A stretch of 64,000 nt of DNA, taken from contig OZ287072.1 in assembly GCA_965645245.1 (NCBI GenBank), positions 2,170,001-2,234,000 of the forward strand. The letters run 5' to 3'. Positions 58,062 to 64,000 of this stretch are shown piece after piece. This stretch comes from Massalongia carnosa (Eukaryota). The notes under the pieces are model-generated. The model was not told the origin of the DNA. It did no database searches and worked only from the letters and a program-made list of their open reading frames with translations. Position numbers and translations under genes: made by a program. The first letter of the stretch is position 1. Every line of letters starts with the position of its first letter.

Positions 58062-60390
58062 TCAAATGATGCCTAATGGAGGCGCCTCCCCTTGCTCTTG
58101 CTGTACAGCTCCAGCAACCTTGTATGATGCTTTCCACCGTATCGCGACCGAGTTAGCCTGCCCTTTGGGAGCCCCATGGATTTCGATAGGTTGCGTGATG
58201 GCGCCCTGCTGGTGCGGTTGAAGGGTTCGCCCAGATTGAGGCGTAAGACGAAGCGTAAACCCCTGTGTAGAAAGTGTTAGCCCTGAGGGGAGAGAAAAGG
58301 CACGGAATAGGAGTTTGTACTTTGGAGACGGCGACCTCGAACGTATACTCGGTGATTAAGTTGTCGGTATTATTAGAGAAGAGCGCGAGAATTTTTATCA
58401 TAGAGTCGCTATCGTTTGGCCGTGATACTTTAAAAAATATGCCGATCGAGGTTTTCGATACTGTCAACTCGTTTGTACTTGGCAAATTGGTATTATCGTC
58501 AGGTAGTGCAGATGTAAAATCCCAATCTTCATCCGCCACTACGCCATTACGCTGTGGAAGAGAGTTGAGCGAGGGAGTAGGGGAGTTGGAGGGTTTGATA
58601 GAGGAAGCAAAATTGAAAATGGAGGCGGTAGGTGGGGAAAACGGTATATTTGATTGCTGGGGGTTCGAGAATGGTGATGGTTGTCGTGGTGTTGGGGCGG
58701 ATAGACTAACAAAAGGGTCCGAGGGATGCTGCGAATGCTGCGATTGAAGTAAGGATGGAGCTGGAGTGGTTGCTCGTGAAGACGCATGGGAACTTGTGAG
58801 AGATGCAAAAGGATCATAATTAGGCTTTGTGATTGCAAAGTTTTGTGAAGGCTTGGGGGTGGTGCTGGGCGTTGGGGCTTTCGCCGAATTCTGTTGGGTG
58901 GAGGATGATAGCAATGATGGTCCAGGTACATCTGGTTCCTTCCGCGTCAGCCAGCAGTTTAGTACTCAGATTAGCCAGAAGCCACTCACTGATATTTGCG
59001 CCGAATGCCAGGGCGATGCCACCACCCTGACCATAGTCTCTATCTTGAAATGATAGTCCCAATAAGTCGTCCTCGAGCGGCTCACTTTTTGATTGTCTAC
59101 TTGCATTTTGGCTTGCGCTTGGTGCTGCACTCGGTTCTGTGTCAACACCAAAATCAATAAGAGAGAGCTCGTTATCTGCCGTTTTGCTGACGCCTGTTAA
59201 GGTCCCAAGGGTGCCTTTTGGTATCTTTGAAGCAGCATCCAAATCTCCTTTCTTCACTAGCTTATATCTTTCAATTGTTCGATGTATACTGTCATTGATT
59301 TCAAGTAGCTTGGCAACAGCTTCTGAATCATCGGACTCCTCCTCACACATTTTTTGAATTTTGGGCTGAGCACTTTGTAGAGCATTGGCAAGATCCTAGT
59401 GAAGAATAAGTAGAAGTGAAATGCATGGTTGTTCGCAAAAGAGAAATACCTCAAACACNNNNNNNNNNNNNNNNNNNNNNNNNNNNNNNNNNNNNNNNNN
59501 NNNNNNNNNNNNNNNNNNNNNNNNNNNNNNNNNNNNNNNNNNNNNNNNNNNNNNNNNNNNNNNNNNNNNNNNNNNNNNNNNNNNNNNNNNNNNNNNNNNN
59601 NNNNNNNNNNNNNNNNNNNNNNNNNNNNNNNNNNNNNNNNNNNNNNNNNNNNNNNNNNCAAAGCAAGGTCGAACATGTGTATTACCTCGCTCGGATTTAG
59701 CACCGCCGCATCTTCTCTCCGAACCTCGGGAAACATGTAGCCTTTATAACTCAGCAACCGATGCATATCCCGTATGAAGCCTAAATCTTCTTTGTAACGC
59801 GAGGTTTGACATATCGTCTGTCTCCATTCTTCAATGGCTTCTAGAATCCTCTGCTGCACCCGAGAAGGCCGTAGGGGAGGTCGTTCTGGAAATCGTCTGA
59901 CAAGCTCGTTCAAAAACTCCTTCGTGCTAATCTGAAGGTGAAAGGGGTAACCGCAGTTCTTGACGCAGATATCGAGAAGCTAATAGAGGATCGTTAACAG
60001 TGTTCAGACAACTATAGTTTCCAATATATACCGTAAGAGCTAGCAAGGACACATTGGGATTTCTATGATTGATATAATTAACAATAGCGACGGCTGCTTC
60101 GCGCGGCCTAGATCTAAGTTAGGAGACTCCCAGCGAGTGGGAATGAACACTAACGCAGTCCCTTTTTTCGAATTAATGAGGTCCGAGATCTCGAGATCAA
60201 GTGCGAGATTTGGCTCGAAGTTCTGAGGGTCTACAGCGTTCTCTGATGAAAAGCTTTAGCTCCTCTAGAAAAGCGCAGAACGAATTACTAGGACAGACAT
60301 ACGAATGTATCGTTGCAATGGAGTCTGCGCTGGTTCACCAAAGGCCCCAAATCGATCTCTGGTGGCGTATCGTGCCGACGCAGCTTCCAT
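58062..60390 (-). CDS. GGA2: GGA clathrin adaptor (VHS-GAT-GAE); part of GAT lies in an assembly gap
   Basis: VHS: FEPNLALDLEISDLINSKKG, PREAAVAIV, LLDICVKNCGYPFHLQISTKEFLNELVRRFPERPP. GAT: KLLEINDSIHRTIERY. GAE: LRLTPQSGR...RWKASYKV...QEQGEAPPLGII*. Confidence 0.9.
59459..59658. other. Assembly gap (200 N)
   Basis: Run of exactly 200 N inside the GGA gene. Confidence 1.
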
Positions 60391-62108
60391 GATTTTAATC
60401 CGTCCGATCAAGCCCTGATGGGTTTACTAGGCAGTGGAGATCAAAGATGGAATAGATCTTGCCATCCTCTAGCTTCCTGGCGCATAGGCTGCAAGAAATA
60501 TCTGTAGCCCCACTCGAAATACAATGATGATGATTACATAATTATAAATTTAGCCTAAGGCGTGACGAGCCGCAATGGAGATTGTAACCCCTATTGCACC
60601 ACACCTTTTTGCATAGACGCTAAACGCGGCCGCTAGATTAGCTTCATTATTTAGTAATCACAAACTCAAAAACCAGCTGCGACAATAACGAATTAAAATT
60701 TTCGTTTACATGATAATATATACTTAGATTTTTAATTCTATGCATTAATGATATAGAAAGTATGAGACAATTATACAAAGACTTGCTATTTTTGCTAATC
60801 TTTTAACACTGGTGCAAAAGGAGATGTGATGCAAAACACGAGTACTCTGTAACATCAACCCCCGAGGTCTGGATGTCTTTCAAATTTTAACAATATGTAC
60901 TTCGTACATGATTCCTTCGTTGAGCTGAATTCATAAATGAACCGCATAACTTGATCAAAAACCTGGCAATAAAGAACCCGCACCGAGTTGCTGTAATTGT
61001 ATAATTATAAGCTTCTTCATCCTTGCAGATTTGACCAAAATATTAGCCATATCCCACGCCAGGATATCGGAAAGTAAAGCCCAAGGTATTGGTGTGCAAG
61101 ACAATTGCCTACGTTTCGAGGAATGAATTCTCAAGACTCTCGCTTGTATAACATAAGATGCAAGGCAAGCTTTATAATAAGTATGAAGGGCTTCGAACCT
61201 CAATCCTCACCTCAGTAATGAATGTGGGTTTTGTGGTTGAGAACACAAGTTTTGCAACCCAAGAGAAATATATTAAAGGAGAAACCCACCATGACTCGAG
61301 ATTCTTCAAGGTCAAAATTTCAAATCCGTGGGGTACATCAGAGGAAGTTATAATCCTTATATAGGTAACTTCTTATTTGTAGCCGTGAAGAGGTGAAAAG
61401 ATTCTTGCTATTTGGCTTTACCTTCCAAACGGCACTTGAAACAACCTTCATTATTCGCGCTAAATATATAAACGTTTACAACCAGCTGTGAAAGCTCCGA
61501 CATGAAAACAACCGATGAGAGTCATTCTCTTTGATACAAAAAAATTGTCTTGCCTTTTCCTGAGCCTTGGCTAGAGGAGAAGCATGGTTACATAATCTGA
61601 TATCACGTGCGCGCCTGCGGCTTATTCCGATTCTGCATCTCCAAGCCAAAGAATGAATTCCACAGTGCTTATCGTAACATCGGATCTTATATGGTTGCGT
61701 TGCGACTTAAATTATCAGTCACTCGGACTCTAACAAGATCTTGGAAGATACTGTTAAATCCTTCGAAGTGCGCCCATCGTCAGGTCCTGGTTGCGTCGTG
61801 GGGTTCTGGGGTGCTTCGCGACTGTCCCTTCCTTCGCGAGGGATCATCCTAACGAAAACGGACGGTCGAAGCAGAAGACAACGGTAGACCTCGCATTCTT
61901 CTCAACTCTTCCGCAATCACTATTAGTTATCTCGTTGTAAGCAGAAGTATGTAACGATAGATCAGGAGTTGGCTGCGTGGAGTAGTCTTGCATTCGCGAG
62001 ATGGAGGAATCAAGAGAGAGCTGACAGTTTACTTGATTATACGTTAGGGCTTCGCTAGATCGGCAACTTTAACTTCTCTTTAACTCAAGTCCAGACTTCC
62101 TTCTCGCT

Positions 62109-64000
62109 ATGTCGGACGAAAATGCTTCACAAACCCTGTCGACCCTGACCACCGCCACAACCTCGTCCCAAATTACCGGGAAGCGAAAACGCGTGGAATC
62201 CGCAGACGAGGTCGTGGACCCAAGGGATGCTCAGGATGGTGGTGACACTCCAGGAAAGGGGAGTGAGAATCTTCAAGAGTTTCTCTTGGATATTATAGAG
62301 GTCTTGAGAATGTTTGTCTCCCATTTCTCTGCTCTGGCCTGGAAGATATATATAGCCTTGTTACCGTTGAAATCAAAATGTTGCTAATTATCCTTACCGT
62401 CTAGACAAGATACCAACCCATCTATATTGGAGTATCACATTGCTTCGATTATTGAGGATGAAGCTACGCATGATGCGAAGCGCACAAAGCTATCCGTACC
62501 GGCGGAGAAACCTACTATCACATCCCGGGTCACGTCAGGAGCTTATATCTATATTGAGGAGGCCGCCGCAGATCTGAAGGCTGTCGTCTCCTCTCTCACC
62601 TTCGAATTACAACAAAAGGCTTCTATATTTAAAGAGCAGCGCTTATTCAATCATGCGCGTGAGCTTTACTCCGAGATTTCCAGGGTGTCCTCTTTCAGGA
62701 AAACATTTGACAATCTCATCCTCCGAGAGAGGATACAGAGGCCCCAATTCTTTCAGCTTATGAACCCAAATGGCGAGAGCGCCCCAAATAAAATCACTAC
62801 GATTTACGATAGCAGTCACGGCCTAATATCGGGCAACAGCGAAGACACCAGCGGAAGAGCCGTACTGACATTGTATGGGAGTGCACCACAACCTAAGCAG
62901 CTCTTCTCCAGCTTGCAACAGCCGCTTAGTGCAGGCTCGAAGCCTTCAAAGCTTCAAGGCGACAATAATAGCCTTCTTGATTCCTCGAACGGTTCTAACA
63001 GCACGACAACATCAATCGCAACCAGAGAGTCAATTAGGGAGCACGCCTTGCCCAATGGTATTACGGTCACCAAAGTTATTCCCACGCACAGTTCTGATTC
63101 ATTTGATGAGAAAAAGAAAAGGAAGATTCCAACTCTTGGAGAACTGTTTCCTTCTCCTCCAACACAGACACCTCTAAACCCCCCTAAGCAGTCGAGGCAC
63201 ACCACTACAAGAAGCTCGTCTGTAAATTGGTACAATGCGTCAGAGTCAATACCCTCGAGTCGGCCACATCGTCGTGATAGCTATAGCATGCAGCCTCTAT
63301 CTACCGGGCAATGGTTAACATACAATGCCATGTCTCCTCCAACCCAGGCCTCCTCTCCCGAAACAAAACGCAAACAGCGAGACCGAGCCTTAAGTTCTGG
63401 TGAAACTCAATCTGAGTTATCTGAAGAAGCCATTGTGTTGCCCAGCCAGGCTAAAGAAGATGCTCTATTTCGCCGTGTTTATTCAAGTTTTGCTCCAGAT
63501 AGAGACAATGCTGGTGCTCTGATACCAACGTACACGAAGAATAGACTCTGGTGGAAACGAGTTGGAGAGGCTAAGTACCATGAAGTGATCGAATCGAACT
63601 ATCCACCACTTCCAGGTGAAGAATTTGGAGAAGTAAACGGCGTAATAGAACGGGCCAATGCTACCGGGGAGGATGATTTTGATGGAGTCCTGGATGATTG
63701 GACACCTGAGGAACTTCCACCAGAATTGAAGGAGACAAAACCTGTTGTTATTGAGCCGCCTCAAACCACCAAGGAGGTTGACGAGATCTTAGAGGGAATA
63801 TCCGAGCTTCTCGAGACACTAAACTCCTATCAACGGGTCAGAAACCTATCGTTGATCACCAATACGCGCTCATCAGCAAACCCTCAACCCGCTTCAATAG
63901 TTGGTACACCCAGCAGTCCTTCATCTGCTGAGTTCGACGTCTTCGGCTTGTTGCAATCACAGCTAGCAATGATGGTTTCTACTTTGCCACCCTTTGCATT
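62109..64000 (+). CDS. Rsc58-like chromatin-remodelling protein (3' end beyond the window)
   Basis: ATG 62109, intron 62312-62404, then open frame to the window end with VLTLYGSAPQPKQLFSSLQ, LPNGITVTKVIP, LSTGQWLTY, ALFRRVYSSFAPDRDNAGALIP...NRLWW. The SFAP..D block is recalled from Rsc58-like proteins. Confidence 0.6.

Overview
Eukaryotic DNA from a filamentous ascomycete (Pezizomycotina-type genes with short GT-AG introns). The SSR-rich intergenic DNA and gene set suggest a lichen-forming fungus, but that is inference. Conserved genes: PP28/PDAP1-like (partial), alpha/beta-hydrolase-NB-ARC, SPT10-like GNAT, Sec7-PH Arf-GEF, UNC-50/GMH1, TSR3, SNIP1/PML1, a 1130-aa unknown, methylglutaconyl-CoA hydratase-like, APP1, GGA (with a 200-N gap) and RSC58-like (partial). 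They alternate with accessory islands (~2.4-6.5, 12-25.6, 28-31 and 36.4-45 kb) of transposons and decayed genes. Best signals: (1) a 1327-bp Tc1/IS630-type DD37E transposon in two copies with CACG termini, ~100-bp TIRs and 5-bp GC-rich target duplications (CCTGG, CATGC) instead of TA, with an internal empty-site control because one copy split a pogo TIR; (2) a four-insertion nested stack at 16.3-21.2 kb (gene < old solo-LTR-like < young solo-LTR-like < pogo < DD37E); (3) an NLR-like gene whose last intron carries an in-frame alternative 3' end, predicting both a hydrolase-only and a hydrolase-NB-ARC isoform; (4) a 4-nt micro-exon in UNC-50. All family calls come from motif recognition by eye; no database search was run.
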